From the NCBI GenBank assembly GCA_022865485.1, contig JALHSZ010000010.1, positions 4,328 to 68,327 on the forward strand: DNA of 64,000 nucleotides, given 5' to 3'. Of this stretch, positions 29,771-39,819 are shown one piece after another (position 1 is the first letter of the stretch; each line of letters opens with the position of its first letter). The position numbers and the translations under genes were made by a program. Origin of the DNA: Dehalococcoidales bacterium. GTDB lineage: Bacteria > Chloroflexota > Dehalococcoidia > Dehalococcoidales > BS750m-G39. The notes under the pieces were generated by a model. That model worked only from the letters and a program-made list of their open reading frames with translations. It made no database searches and had not been told where the DNA came from.

Positions 29771-30778
29771 TTATTCGGGCGGCGGCATTTTCTGCATCCA
29801 GTAGGGGTAGAGGGGCGCGGGCTGGCTCATTTCATCGAGCTGGCTCACCTCTTCGGCGCTCATTTCCCAGTCGGTTGTCTTCAGGTTGTCGGCCAGCTGT
29901 TCCGGTGTCCGCGCGCCGATGATGACCGAAGATACCCCCTCTTTGGCGAGCAGGTAGTTAAGCGCCGCCTGGGCTACGGTGGCTTTATGCGCCTTGGCGA
30001 TTCGGTCCAGCTCCTCGACGATATCGAATCCCTTTTCGTCGTCGTGCGGTATGAATCTCGGCTGCGGCGCGCTCAGGCGCGTGCCCTTGGGTTGGGGCTT
30101 TCCCCGTCGGTATTTGCCGCTGAGGAAACCGCCGCTCAAAGGGCTCCAGACCAGGATGCCCAGCCCCTGGTCCAGGCATAGCGGCACCATCTCGTTTTCC
30201 AGCTCGCGCGCCAGCAGCGAATAGAGGGACTGCAGCGTGACGAACCTTTCCCAGCCGCGCTTATCGGCGATGGCCAGGGCTTTCATCAACTGCCAGCCCG
30301 AATAATTGGAGCAGCCGATATAGCGCACCTTCCCCTGGCGCACCAGGTCGTCCAGGGCGCGCATCGTCTCCTCCTGCGGCGTGTCGGGGTCGAAGTTGTG
30401 GACCTGGTAGAGGTCGATATAATCGGTGCCCAGCCGCTTCAGGCTGGCGTTGCACCCCTCGATGATGTGGCGGCGGGAAAGCCCGATATCGTTGGGCCCC
30501 GGCCCCATTTTGCCGCGGACCTTGGTAGCCAGGATAATGCTCTGGCGCCGCTTGCCCAGCGCCTTGCCCAGCAGCTCCTCGGAAAGCCCCTCGGAATAGA
30601 CATCGGCGGTGTCGAAGAAGTTTATCCCCGCCTCCAGGGACATGTCCACCAGGGTATTGGCTTCCTTCTGTCCCAGTTGCCCGACGTACTTAAAGAAACT
30701 CCGCCCCCCGAAGGTCATCGTCCCGAAGCATAGCTCGGAGACCTTGACGCCCGTTTTGCCCAGAAAGCGCATCCTCAT
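29771..30778 (-). CDS. Aldo/keto reductase
   Basis: LCFGTMTFGG, INFFDTADVYS, IDLYQVHNFD. Confidence 0.85.
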   Translation of the reverse strand: MRMRFLGKTGVKVSELCFGTMTFGGRSFFKYVGQLGQKEANTLVDMSLEAGINFFDTADVYSEGLSEELLGKALGKRRQSIILATKVRGKMGPGPNDIGLSRRHIIEGCNASLKRLGTDYIDLYQVHNFDPDTPQEETMRALDDLVRQGKVRYIGCSNYSGWQLMKALAIADKRGWERFVTLQSLYSLLARELENEMVPLCLDQGLGILVWSPLSGGFLSGKYRRGKPQPKGTRLSAPQPRFIPHDDEKGFDIVEELDRIAKAHKATVAQAALNYLLAKEGVSSVIIGARTPEQLADNLKTTDWEMSAEEVSQLDEMSQPAPLYPYWMQKMPPPE

Positions 30779-30814
30779 TTTTTGCCTCCTTTTTGTGCTT
30801 GATTATAAATCTCT

Positions 30815-31006
30815 TCACTCTCCCCTTGAGATAAAGGCTTTGACCCGCCGCTCGAAGACCGCCCGCTCCAATAACACCCGCCGCTGGCACCCCAGGCACT
30901 TGATGCCGATATCCGCCCCCAGCCTAACCACCCGCCACTGGTCGCTGCCGCAGGGGTGCTTCTTCTTCAGGCGGACGACGTCGCCCAGCTTTATCTCCAT
31001 AATCAT
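30815..31006 (-). CDS. DUF951-family small protein
   Basis: [38 protein letters not shown]. Confidence 0.65.
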   Translation of the reverse strand: MIMEIKLGDVVRLKKKHPCGSDQWRVVRLGADIGIKCLGCQRRVLLERAVFERRVKAFISRGE

Positions 31007-31034
31007 GGCTAACTCCGGTGTTAAGGTTGCGGCT

Positions 31035-31859
31035 TTATTTCTCCCGCGTGCTGGCGAGGTGTCTGATCTCGTCCCTCAGCGATAGGGCGACCTGTCGGGC
31101 GGCCTGGGCGAAATCCCGCCTCTTGGAAGCGTATATTATCTGCCGCGACGAGGTGAATATCGCCCCCTGCCCCCAGTTGTCGACCCCGTTACGGACGGCG
31201 GAGGCCAGCTCTCCCCCATGGGTGCCGATACCGGGTATGAGCAGCAGCATCTTGGGGTGGTGGTGCCTTATCAGCTTCAGCTCCTCGGGGTAGGTGGCGC
31301 CCACCACCAGCCCGATATTGTGTCCCTTGCCCTTCTTGTTCCACTGGGCGGCTTTGAGGGCGACAATCTCGAAGAGGGGCACCTGCTTACCGTCCAGGAT
31401 GAAGGGCAGGCCCTGGAAGTCGGCGGCGCCGGGGTTCGAGGTGCGGCAGAGGATAAACACCCCCTTCTCCCAGTACTCGGTGAAGGGCTCTATGGAATCG
31501 AAGCCCATGTAGGGACTCACCGTGGTGGCGTCGAAGCCCAGCGTGGAAAACATGGCTTTGGCGTAGGCTTTGGCGGTGTTGCCGATATCGCCCCGTTTGC
31601 CGTCGCCGATTATAGGGATGTTTTTGGGTATGGCGTTGATGGTGCGCTTCAGGCTTTCCATCCCCTTGTCCAGCACTTCGTAAAAGGCGAGGTTGAGCTT
31701 GTAGGCGCAGACCAGGTCGGCGGTAGCCTCGATAATCGCCTTGTTGAAGTTGGAAACGCTCATCCCCTCCCGCATCAGCTCCGGGTCGGGGTCGAGCCCG
31801 ATGCAGAGCAGGCTCTGGTTCATCTTCATGGCGTTCTGCAGCTTTTCGTTGAAATTCAC
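31035..31859 (-). CDS. pyrF: Orotidine 5'-phosphate decarboxylase (long, type 2 form)
   Basis: [25 protein letters not shown], 274 aa. Confidence 0.85.
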   Translation of the reverse strand: MNFNEKLQNAMKMNQSLLCIGLDPDPELMREGMSVSNFNKAIIEATADLVCAYKLNLAFYEVLDKGMESLKRTINAIPKNIPIIGDGKRGDIGNTAKAYAKAMFSTLGFDATTVSPYMGFDSIEPFTEYWEKGVFILCRTSNPGAADFQGLPFILDGKQVPLFEIVALKAAQWNKKGKGHNIGLVVGATYPEELKLIRHHHPKMLLLIPGIGTHGGELASAVRNGVDNWGQGAIFTSSRQIIYASKRRDFAQAARQVALSLRDEIRHLASTREK

Positions 31860-31955
31860 CTCTTTACCCCCTGCGTTGATAATAGCAACAGCGGGCGGTC
31901 AGGTCAAGAGTCGGATTGTTGCCCCCCCAGCGGCAATGATATAATTAGCCCCAAC

Positions 31956-33281
31956 GTGAACTACCAGCAAGCCATAGACTATATCAACAGCTACACCGAC
32001 TACGAAAAGATAGGCATGCCCCACGACCCCGCCTTCTACGACCTCAGGCGTGTCGATGAAATCCTGTCTCTTCTGGGCGACCCCCATCAGAAAGCCGTCT
32101 CGGTGCACATCACTGGCACCAACGGCAAGGGCAGCGTGGCGGTCATGGTGGCTTCGGCGCTCACCGCGGCGGGCTACAGCACCGGGCTTTACACCTCCCC
32201 CCACTTCCACAGCTGGCGGGAGAGAATCAGGCTTGACGGCGAGCTAATCTCCGAAGCCGAGCTGGCGCAGCTGGTCACCGACCTCAAACCCCGGGTGGAA
32301 GCGGTCAACCAGCGGGCTAACTACGGGCAGCTTACCACCTTCGAGCTCCTCACGGCTATGGCTTTCGCCTACTTCGGGCAAAAAGGGGTGAAGTTCCAGG
32401 TGCTGGAGGTGGGGATGGGGGGCAAGTTCGACGCCACCAGCGTCATCACCCCCCTGGTGGCTATTCTCACCCCCATCGGCCTCGACCACACCGATGTCTT
32501 GGGCGATACCGTGGCCGAAATCGCCGCCGAAAAGTGCGGCATCATCAAGCCCGGCAGCACGGTGGTTATTTCCCCCCAGACCCCCGAAGTGGCCAAGGTA
32601 ATCGAGCGGACCTGCGCCGAGCGCGGAGCAGGGTTGATAACCGTGGGCAAAGACGTCAGCTGGCGAGGCTTAAGCTCCGATTTAGACGGACAGCGGCTCC
32701 AGGTTAAGGGCAGAAAAGGCAGCTACGAGCTTTTTATACCCGTTCTCGGCGAGCACCAGCTGGTCAATGCCGCCACTGCCCTGGCCGCCCTGGAGGTCCT
32801 GGCCGACAGGGGCTTTGAGATTCCCGCCGAAAAAATCGCCAGAGGCTTCAAGCAGGTCAGCTGGCCCGGCCGCTTTCAGGTGCTGCGCCGAAATCCCCCC
32901 GTGGTCGTTGACGGCGCCCATAATGTCGACGCCGCCCGCAGCCTGAAAAAGGCTCTCCGGCAATACTTCGACTTCGAGCGGGCAATCCTGGTGATGGGGG
33001 CGTCGGGCGATAAGAATATCGCTGGCGTTATCGCCGAGCTTTCCCCTCTCTTCGATAGGGTGATTGTCACCCGTTCCCGCCACCCCCGGGCGATGGCGCC
33101 CGCGCCGCTGGTCGCCGAGTTCGCCCGCCACGGCCTGAAAGCCCGCATCGCCGATGACGTCCCCTCGGCGCTCACCCTGGCGCTCTCCCTGGCCGGGGAT
33201 AAAGACTTGGTCTGCCTGGCGGGCTCGCTGTTCATCGTCGGCGAGGCGCTGGCGGCGGCGAAACTTTCGCTGTCGGGCTGA
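31956..33281 (+). CDS. folC: Folylpolyglutamate synthase / dihydrofolate synthase
   Basis: GTG at 31956 gives VNYQQAIDYINSY...HITGTNGKGS. The track ORF's upstream 246 codons are antisense to pyrF and not coding. Confidence 0.85.
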   Translation: MNYQQAIDYINSYTDYEKIGMPHDPAFYDLRRVDEILSLLGDPHQKAVSVHITGTNGKGSVAVMVASALTAAGYSTGLYTSPHFHSWRERIRLDGELISEAELAQLVTDLKPRVEAVNQRANYGQLTTFELLTAMAFAYFGQKGVKFQVLEVGMGGKFDATSVITPLVAILTPIGLDHTDVLGDTVAEIAAEKCGIIKPGSTVVISPQTPEVAKVIERTCAERGAGLITVGKDVSWRGLSSDLDGQRLQVKGRKGSYELFIPVLGEHQLVNAATALAALEVLADRGFEIPAEKIARGFKQVSWPGRFQVLRRNPPVVVDGAHNVDAARSLKKALRQYFDFERAILVMGASGDKNIAGVIAELSPLFDRVIVTRSRHPRAMAPAPLVAEFARHGLKARIADDVPSALTLALSLAGDKDLVCLAGSLFIVGEALAAAKLSLSG

Positions 33282-33347
33282 AAATTTTTGCCTTGATGCG
33301 CCCGGTTAGGCTAAAATAGCTAAGAAATAAACTTACGGGGTTGATTT

Positions 33348-33620
33348 ATGCCTACTTATGAGTACGAGTGTGATGCCTGTCATCACCGCTTTGAGAAGAA
33401 ACAGAGTTTCGACGCCAAGCCGGTAGTTAAGTGCCCCCAGTGCGGGGGCAAGCCGCGCCGCGTCATCCGCTCCGCGCCGGTTATCTTCAAGGGGAGCGGT
33501 TTCTATGTCACCGACAGCCGCAAGAAACCCCCCGATATGGGCAAGGGCAGCTTGGAGTCGGGCGACGGGGGTAAGGAAAAGGGGAAGAAGGACAAGGAAA
33601 AGAAGGACAAAGAGAAGTGA
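33348..33620 (+). CDS. FmdB-family zinc-ribbon protein with a Lys/Glu-rich tail
   Basis: MPTYEYECDACHHRFE...CPQCGG. Confidence 0.75.
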   Translation: MPTYEYECDACHHRFEKKQSFDAKPVVKCPQCGGKPRRVIRSAPVIFKGSGFYVTDSRKKPPDMGKGSLESGDGGKEKGKKDKEKKDKEK

Positions 33621-34066
33621 AAGCGCTCCTGCAAAGGGTCACCAGCGCCTCGGTCACTATAGATGGAGAGGTGGTGGGCAGCATCGGGCGGGGGCTGGTG
33701 GTCTTTGTCGGCGTCGCCGACGGCGACAGCCCGAAAGACGCTGATTATCTGGCGCAAAAGCTGGTCAACCTGCGCATCTTCGCCGACGCAGCCGAAAGGT
33801 TCAACCTCTCGGCGCTGGGTATCAAGGCCGAGCTGTTGCTGGTGAGCCAGTTCACCCTGCTGGCCGACACTAGGAAGGGGCGCCGCCCCAGCTTCACCGA
33901 GGCTGCCCCTCCCCCCCGGGCTGAGGCGCTATTCGAGCACTTTGTCGATGCGGCTAAAACCAGCGGGCTAAAAGTAGCCACCGGGCGCTTCCAGCAGTAC
34001 ATGCAGGTCGAAATCCACAACGACGGCCCCGTCACCATCATGCTTGACAGCCGCGATAAGGGCTAG
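33617..34066 (+). CDS. dtd: D-aminoacyl-tRNA deacylase
   Basis: GTG start overlaps the previous stop. KALLQRVTSASVTIDGEVVGSIGRGLVVFVGV, SQFTLLADTRKGRRPSF. Confidence 0.9.
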   Translation: MKALLQRVTSASVTIDGEVVGSIGRGLVVFVGVADGDSPKDADYLAQKLVNLRIFADAAERFNLSALGIKAELLLVSQFTLLADTRKGRRPSFTEAAPPPRAEALFEHFVDAAKTSGLKVATGRFQQYMQVEIHNDGPVTIMLDSRDKG

Positions 34067-34074
34067 GGCGGCGG

Positions 34075-34107
34075 TTGCAAATGTTTGTAATTGCAAAACC
34101 TTGCAAT
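34075..34107. promoter_or_regulatory. TTGCAA-repeat cluster upstream of the Fur-family gene (candidate operator), followed by an extended -10 TGTTATAAT (34131-34139)
   Basis: TTGCAA at 34075-34080, 34091-34096 and 34101-34106. Confidence 0.45.
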
Positions 34108-34141
34108 AAGCCGAAAGCTCTGTTATAATGCCCCCCGAAAG

Positions 34142-34564
34142 ATGAACCATTCTGGAGATATCGTCAAAAAACTAACCGAGCGGGGCTATCGGCTTACCCC
34201 CCAGCGGCTGATGACCATCGCCGCTATTGAGCACAGCGACGGCCACATCAGCGCCGAGGAAATCTACGCCCAGGTGGTGTCGAAATACCCCCACGTCAAC
34301 ATCTCAACCGTCTACCGCACCCTGGAACTGCTCAAACAGCTCGGTCTGGTTACCGATACCGACTTCGGCGAGGGCCGGGTGAGATACCACCCGGTAGGCA
34401 AGGGCCACCACCATCACCTGGTCTGCCAGGAGTGCGGCGCTACAGTCGACCTGGATGAAACGGCGCTGACCCCGCTTAAAGATGTTTTGCTCCGGGAATA
34501 CGGCTTCAGCGCCGACCTGAGGCACCTGGCTATCTTCGGCCGCTGCGGCAAGTGCGGGAGCTAA
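34142..34564 (+). CDS. Fur-family metalloregulator (possibly Ni/Co-responsive)
   Basis: LTPQRLMTIAAIE, HHHHLVCQECG, CGKCG. ATG at 34142 is preferred to the track start. It lies directly upstream of cbiM. Confidence 0.8.
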   Translation: MNHSGDIVKKLTERGYRLTPQRLMTIAAIEHSDGHISAEEIYAQVVSKYPHVNISTVYRTLELLKQLGLVTDTDFGEGRVRYHPVGKGHHHHLVCQECGATVDLDETALTPLKDVLLREYGFSADLRHLAIFGRCGKCGS

Positions 34565-34580
34565 ATTTTTTTGACTTGGC

Positions 34581-34608
34581 ATTGCATCTAGTTGCAATTG
34601 CATTGAAT
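34581..34608. promoter_or_regulatory. Second TTGCA(A/T) cluster between the Fur-family gene and cbiM, containing the perfect palindrome TGCAATTGCA
   Basis: TTGCAT 34582-34587, TTGCAA 34592-34597, TTGCAT 34598-34603. TTGACT (-35-like) at 34571-34576. Confidence 0.45.
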
Positions 34609-34632
34609 AGCACTAGCTGAAAGGAGGACTCG

Positions 34633-35271
34633 ATGCACATTCCCGACGGTTTCCTCAACGTAGCCACGGTGGCTACCACCTGTGCCGTGTCGGCGGGCGG
34701 TGTCGGCGGTGCGGTCAGAATGGTCGGCAAGAAGCTGGGGGAAAAGCAGGTGCCCCTGATGGGCATACTGGCTGCCTTCATCTTTGCCGCCCAGATGCTC
34801 AACTTCCCCGTCGCTGGCGGCACCTCGGGGCACGTTATCGGCGCGGCACTGGCGGCGATACTGCTCGGTCCCTGGGCGGCGGTATTAATAATGAGCTGCG
34901 TCCTCATCGCCCAGTCCCTCATCTTCCAGGACGGCGGGCTGCTGGCGCTGGGGGCTAACATCTTCAATATGGGCATCGTCGCCAGCTTCAGCGCCTACTA
35001 CATCTACAAGCTGGTCACTTGGCTGGCTGGCGCCAACCGCAGGGGCACCCTCATCGGCGGCTTCCTCGCCGCCTGGTTCTCGGTGTTCCTGGCATCCACC
35101 TGCTGCGCCATCGAGCTGGCGCTCTCGGGCTCATCCCCATTCGGGGTGGTCTTGCCGGCGATGGCGGGCGTTCACGCCCTTATCGGCATCGGCGAGGGGC
35201 TGATTACCGGGGTGGTGCTCAGCCTGGTGCTGGCAACCCGCGCCGACCTTTTGCAGCTGCAACGTACTTGA
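34633..35271 (+). CDS. cbiM: ECF-type cobalt/nickel transporter substrate component CbiM/NikM
   Basis: MHIPDGFL N-terminus, multi-TM. Confidence 0.85.
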   Translation: MHIPDGFLNVATVATTCAVSAGGVGGAVRMVGKKLGEKQVPLMGILAAFIFAAQMLNFPVAGGTSGHVIGAALAAILLGPWAAVLIMSCVLIAQSLIFQDGGLLALGANIFNMGIVASFSAYYIYKLVTWLAGANRRGTLIGGFLAAWFSVFLASTCCAIELALSGSSPFGVVLPAMAGVHALIGIGEGLITGVVLSLVLATRADLLQLQRT

Positions 35272-35289
35272 TAAACGGGGGTTAAAAAG

Positions 35290-35580
35290 ATGAAATCAAA
35301 GTGGTGGCTGATTGCGCTGTTTATCTGCCTGCTGGTAGCCTGTCTGGCGCCCCTGGCCTCTTCCTCGCCCGACGGGCTGGAAAGAGTGGCTGAGGACGCA
35401 GGCTTTATCGGGCTGGGGCAGGACGCCCCCTACCAGGTTATCGCAGACTACGTCTTTCCCGGTATAGAAAACGAAGCGCTGGCCACGATACTGGCCGGGG
35501 TAGTCGGCACCCTCGTCCTCTTCGGCGCCGCCTACGGGCTGGCCTGGCTACTGAAAACAAGGAGACGGCGAGCGGCGTGA
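35290..35580 (+). CDS. PDGLE-domain membrane protein (occupies the CbiN position)
   Basis: Signal/TM segment, SSSPDGLERVAED, C-terminal TM. Confidence 0.7.
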   Translation: MKSKWWLIALFICLLVACLAPLASSSPDGLERVAEDAGFIGLGQDAPYQVIADYVFPGIENEALATILAGVVGTLVLFGAAYGLAWLLKTRRRRAA

Positions 35581-36356
35581 AACACAGTTTTCTCGACCAG
35601 TACAGTGAAGGGAACAGCCTTATCCATCGGCTCGACCCGCGCACCAAGCTGATTACCACCCTGTTCTTTATCCTGGTGGTGGTGCTCACGCCCGTAAGCC
35701 GCTGGCAGGCGTTCGCCCTCTATTTTATCCTGGTGGCGACCCTGATTATCATATCGCGGGTGCCCCCCCTCTATGTCCTGAAACGCTCGCTGTTAATCAT
35801 CCCCTTCGTCGTCCTGATTGCCGTCTTTATTCCCTTCTTCAAGGAGGGGGAGGTGGCGGGCAGCTACAACATCTGGCTCTGGCAGGTGACGGTCACCCAC
35901 AGCGGTATTCAGGTATTCCTGAATATCCTGGCTAAGTCCTGGCTCTCCATACTCAGCCTGATTTTGCTCACCGCCGCCACCCGCTTCTCCAGCCTGCTCC
36001 GGGGCATGGAACAACTGCGCCTGCCCCGCGTTATGGTGATGATTCTGTCCTTTATGTACCGCTATATCTTCGTCCTCGTCGATGAAGTAATGCGGATGAA
36101 GCAGGCGCGGGACAGCCGTAACCTCGGCGGCGGGCACTTAAGGCAAATACGCACCGTGGGCAACATGATCGGCACCCTCTTTATCCGCAGCTACGAGCGC
36201 GGAGAGAGGGTCTATGCGGCGATGATGGCTCGCGGCTTCGACGGGCAGACGCGCACATTGGAAAACCCCAGCTTCGTCCAGCGGGACTTTTTGTTCGCCC
36301 TGGCCCTGGGCTTAGTCTTGGTCCTGGCTATAGTGTTAAACCTGTGGTATCTATAA
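35577..36356 (+). CDS. cbiQ: ECF transporter transmembrane (T) component CbiQ
   Basis: HRLDPRTKLI, ARDSRN-type loop (QARDSRNLGG). Confidence 0.8.
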   Translation: MKHSFLDQYSEGNSLIHRLDPRTKLITTLFFILVVVLTPVSRWQAFALYFILVATLIIISRVPPLYVLKRSLLIIPFVVLIAVFIPFFKEGEVAGSYNIWLWQVTVTHSGIQVFLNILAKSWLSILSLILLTAATRFSSLLRGMEQLRLPRVMVMILSFMYRYIFVLVDEVMRMKQARDSRNLGGGHLRQIRTVGNMIGTLFIRSYERGERVYAAMMARGFDGQTRTLENPSFVQRDFLFALALGLVLVLAIVLNLWYL

Positions 36357-36364
36357 GGAGAGAT

Positions 36365-37087
36365 GTGTCCGAGATTATAAGGGTGGATAACCTTAGCTTC
36401 GGCTACCCCGACGGTCAGCCGGCGCTGAGCGGCGTCAGCCTGGCGGTGCATCGGGGGGAAACCGTAGCCCTCATCGGCCCCAACGGCGCGGGCAAGTCCA
36501 CGCTGCTTTTGCACTTCAACGGCATCCTCCACAGCGACGGCGCGGTCAGGGTGCTGGGTAAAGCCATAAACGATAAAAACCTGAAGTGGGTGCGGGGCAA
36601 GGTGGGGCTGGTCTTTCAGAACCCCGACGACCAGCTCTTCTCCCCGACTGTCTTCGACGATATCGCCTTCGGCCCCCTCAATATGGGCTACGACGAGGCT
36701 GATGTCCGCGAAGTGGTGGCTAAGGCCTTAGCGTGGGTGGGGATGGGGGGCTACGAAAAGCGCTCGCCCCACCACCTCAGCCTCGGCGAGAAGAAACGCA
36801 TCGCCATAGCCACGGTATTGGCGATGAATCCCGAGGTGCTGGTCATCGACGAACCCACCAGCAACCTCGACCCCGGTAGTAAGTGGTCGCTCATCGAGCT
36901 GCTCAAAGGACTGGAGATAACCAAGGTCATCGCCTCTCACGACCTGGAGCTGGTCGAGGCGCTCTGCCCGCGGGCAATCATTCTTGATGGCGGAAAAGTA
37001 GTCGCCGATGGCGACACCAGCCGGATTTTAGCCGACGAGCGCTTACTGGCCGCTCACGGGCTGGCTCGTCATAAGCCGGCCGGATAA
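36365..37087 (+). CDS. cbiO: ECF transporter ATPase CbiO
   Basis: Walker A GPNGAGKST, signature LSLGEKKR, Walker B LVIDEPTSNLD. GTG at 36365 follows SD AGGAGA. Confidence 0.85.
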   Translation: MSEIIRVDNLSFGYPDGQPALSGVSLAVHRGETVALIGPNGAGKSTLLLHFNGILHSDGAVRVLGKAINDKNLKWVRGKVGLVFQNPDDQLFSPTVFDDIAFGPLNMGYDEADVREVVAKALAWVGMGGYEKRSPHHLSLGEKKRIAIATVLAMNPEVLVIDEPTSNLDPGSKWSLIELLKGLEITKVIASHDLELVEALCPRAIILDGGKVVADGDTSRILADERLLAAHGLARHKPAG

Positions 37088-37091
37088 AAAT

Positions 37092-37463
37092 TTATTTCTC
37101 TCGTACGACGGCGACGCTGCCCTTGGCCAGCCTTAGTGTCGTTCCTGATTCCACCTTGATGACGACACTATCCTCGCTGACGCTTTCAATCACTCCGAAG
37201 ATACCGCCAGCCGTAATTATCCTGTCTCCTCTCTTCAGCTCCTCCATCATCTTCTGGTGCTCTTTCTGTCTCTTGCGCTGGGGACGAATCATCAGGAAGT
37301 AGAACATGGCGAAAATCAGCACCAGGAAGACAATCATGTAGATGGTGCTGGTGGTGCTGCTGCCGCCTTCTTCAGTAGAAGTGGGGTAACAGCCGCCCAG
37401 CAACGCCATGGTGGCGAGAACGGCGACAATCAGCGCTAAACCGAGAATTTTAGACCGCTTCAT
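37092..37463 (-). CDS. yajC: Preprotein translocase subunit YajC (N-terminally extended)
   Basis: MIRPQRKRQKEHQKMMEELKRGDRIITAGGIFGVI. Confidence 0.8.
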   Translation of the reverse strand: MKRSKILGLALIVAVLATMALLGGCYPTSTEEGGSSTTSTIYMIVFLVLIFAMFYFLMIRPQRKRQKEHQKMMEELKRGDRIITAGGIFGVIESVSEDSVVIKVESGTTLRLAKGSVAVVREK

Positions 37464-37482
37464 TTTGCCTCCTAATTATTGT

Positions 37483-38727
37483 TTAACCTTCCACTATGCC
37501 CTGGAGCGCCCAGGGACTTGTTTTCTCGACCCTTAGTTTTATCAGTTTTCCCCGACAGTCGCGGCTGTCGTTGAAGAATACCAGTTTATCGCCCCGGGTG
37601 CGACCCCACCACCTCCCCCCCTTTTCCCCTTCCGCCAGCACCTCCACCGTCTTGCCCTTGAGGCGGGCGTTAATGGTGCTGGCGATGCCCTCCTGCAATC
37701 GCTCGAGGTATTCCAGGCGCCGCTTCTTTTCGGCGGGGGGAACGTTGTCCTCCAGTTTCCTGGCGGCGAAGGTCCCCGGCCGCGGCGAATAAGCGGCTAT
37801 ATGGACTGTATCAAAATTTAGCTCGGATAGCAAGTCGGCCGTCTCTTGGAACTGGGCTTCCGTCTCCGAGGGAAAGCCGAGCAGGATGTCGGTGCTCAAA
37901 GCGATATCGGGTATTCTGGCTCTTATCTCGGCGACCAGCTTTCGGTAGTGCTCGGCGCTATAGCCCCGCCCCATCGCCTTTAAGATAGCGTTGCTCCCCG
38001 ACTGCACCGGCAGGGTAAGCTGCTCGCAGACCTTGTCTAAAGAAGCCACCGCCCCGACCAGCTTCAGGCTCATGTCCTTGGGGTGGTTGGTCAGAAAACG
38101 GATTCGTAAAAGCCCCTCTAGCTCATTCAGCTCGTATAGCAGGTCAGCCAGCTCGGGCTTGCCGGGTAGGTCGTGCCCGTAGGAGTCCACGTTCTGCCCC
38201 AGCAGGGTAACCTCTTTTGCCCCCCGCTCCACCAATTCCCTCACCTCGCCCACGATTTCGGCTAGCGGGCGGCTCTTCTCCCGCCCCCGACGGTAAGGGA
38301 CGATACAATAGCTGCAAAAATTATCGCACCCCTGGATAATGGGGACATAAACGGCGACATTCGGCTTCTCGGGTAGGGGTAGTTCTTTGGGGCTTTCCAG
38401 CCACTGAGGATATTCCCCGGGCTTGAAGAAGTAATCGACGTGGGGAAAGCGCTCCTCCAGCTTGGTAGTGTCGGCGTTGACCAGGCAGCCGGTAACGGCC
38501 AGAGTCATATCGGGGCGCGATTTCTTCAGCGCTTTAAGGTTAGCCAGCTTATTAACCACGCGGTCCTCGGCGCTCTGCCGCACCACGCAGCTATTGAGCA
38601 CCACCAGCTCGGCTTCGTTAGCGCTGGCGGCGGCTTCGTAGCCCAGCTGCTCAAGGTGGCTGCCCAGCCGCTCCGACTCCGCCTTATTCATCTGGCAGCC
38701 GATGGTCCAGATATGATATTTAGGCAT
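37483..38727 (-). CDS. miaB: tRNA methylthiotransferase MiaB family
   Basis: [17 protein letters not shown], radical [18 protein letters not shown]-like C-terminus. Start could alternatively be the TTG at 38751. Confidence 0.85.
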   Translation of the reverse strand: MPKYHIWTIGCQMNKAESERLGSHLEQLGYEAAASANEAELVVLNSCVVRQSAEDRVVNKLANLKALKKSRPDMTLAVTGCLVNADTTKLEERFPHVDYFFKPGEYPQWLESPKELPLPEKPNVAVYVPIIQGCDNFCSYCIVPYRRGREKSRPLAEIVGEVRELVERGAKEVTLLGQNVDSYGHDLPGKPELADLLYELNELEGLLRIRFLTNHPKDMSLKLVGAVASLDKVCEQLTLPVQSGSNAILKAMGRGYSAEHYRKLVAEIRARIPDIALSTDILLGFPSETEAQFQETADLLSELNFDTVHIAAYSPRPGTFAARKLEDNVPPAEKKRRLEYLERLQEGIASTINARLKGKTVEVLAEGEKGGRWWGRTRGDKLVFFNDSRDCRGKLIKLRVEKTSPWALQGIVEG

Positions 38728-38788
38728 GGTCTTCTCTATAAGGATAGCCAAAAATGCCCCTTAATTTAAGGGGCACACTAGCCTGATA

Positions 38789-38880
38789 TGGCGGAGGGGG
38801 AGGGATTCGAACCCTCGACCCCGGTTACCCAGGGTAAGCACTTAGCAGGCGCCCGCACTAGACCACTATGCGACCCCTCC
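38789..38880 (-). tRNA. tRNA-Ser (anticodon GCU), long variable arm, CCA encoded
   Basis: The reverse complement folds as GGAGGGG..D arm..anticodon loop CTGCTAA..variable arm TACCCTGGGTAACCGGGG..T arm GAGGG-TTCGAAT-CCCTC..CCCCTCC-G-CCA. Confidence 0.85.
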
Positions 38881-38904
38881 GACGCTAAAAAAGCTGACAG
38901 GCTT

Positions 38905-39750
38905 TTACGATTTTACTATATCATACCCCTGGGCTTTGCTCAATTTCCGCTTGATTTCGGGCATAGCTTCCCGGGTGGCTATCTCCCCCTCCTCGATGCA
39001 CTCCCGGGCGTGATGGAAATCGCCTGGGCTGATGTGGGCGGTATCGGGGTTAATGACGATGTCGGCACCCTCGGTGGAGGCTTTGGCGATGATATAGGTG
39101 CCGATGTACAGAGACTGCAGTATAACGTTGAAGATATTGGGCTCCTTCCAGTCTTTCTTGCCTTCCTTCTTCAAATGGTGGACTCTATCGCCCACGTCGG
39201 GCATGACGTTGACGGCGATGATAAAGTCAGCGCCCATATCTTTGAGCACGCTCACCGGCACCGGGTTCACCAGCCCCCCGTCCACCAGGTAGCGGCCCTG
39301 TCGCTTGGCTACGGTGAATATCCCCGGTATGGAAATAGTGGCTCTTACCCCCTCCAGCACCGAGCCCCGGTCAATCACCACCTCCTCGCCGGTGATGATA
39401 TCGGTAGCCACCAGCGCCAGCGGTATGGGCAATTCCTCGAATTTAACATCGTTCCCCATCATCTTTTCGAGCATACTGATGACCGCCTTGCCCCCGAAGA
39501 GCCCCGACTTGGGCAAGGCCAGGTCGGCTAGCGAGAGCATCTTCACCAGGTTTATCTTTACGGCCATATCTTTTAACAGCCCGAAGTCCTGCCCCCGGGC
39601 GCAAAAGGCGCCCACCAGCCCCCCGATACTGGTGCCGGCAATCATGTCGATGGGAATCCCTTCCCGCTGCAGGACCTCCAGCACCCCGATATGGGCCAGT
39701 CCCCGCGCCGCCCCGCCCCCCAGCGCCAGTCCCACCTTCTTCTTTTTCAT
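38905..39750 (-). CDS. Patatin-like phospholipase
   Basis: GLALGGGAARG oxyanion motif, GTSIGG nucleophile motif, DGG near the C-terminal half. Confidence 0.85.
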   Translation of the reverse strand: MKKKKVGLALGGGAARGLAHIGVLEVLQREGIPIDMIAGTSIGGLVGAFCARGQDFGLLKDMAVKINLVKMLSLADLALPKSGLFGGKAVISMLEKMMGNDVKFEELPIPLALVATDIITGEEVVIDRGSVLEGVRATISIPGIFTVAKRQGRYLVDGGLVNPVPVSVLKDMGADFIIAVNVMPDVGDRVHHLKKEGKKDWKEPNIFNVILQSLYIGTYIIAKASTEGADIVINPDTAHISPGDFHHARECIEEGEIATREAMPEIKRKLSKAQGYDIVKS

Positions 39751-39819
39751 AAAGCTATTCTACCATAAAAGCGGGTTATTGAGCCCTCGACCTGGCTGTG
39801 CTAATATGGGCTTAAAGCC

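Noticed and set aside
31218-31955. N-terminal 246 codons of the 687-aa ORF containing folC
   Set aside because: This part is antisense to pyrF. FolC homology begins at VNYQQAIDYINSY (GTG at 31956), downstream of a TATAAT at 31940-31945.
38788-39531. 247-aa plus-strand ORF
   Set aside because: It starts inside the minus-strand tRNA-Ser and runs antisense to the patatin-like gene. It has no recognisable motifs.
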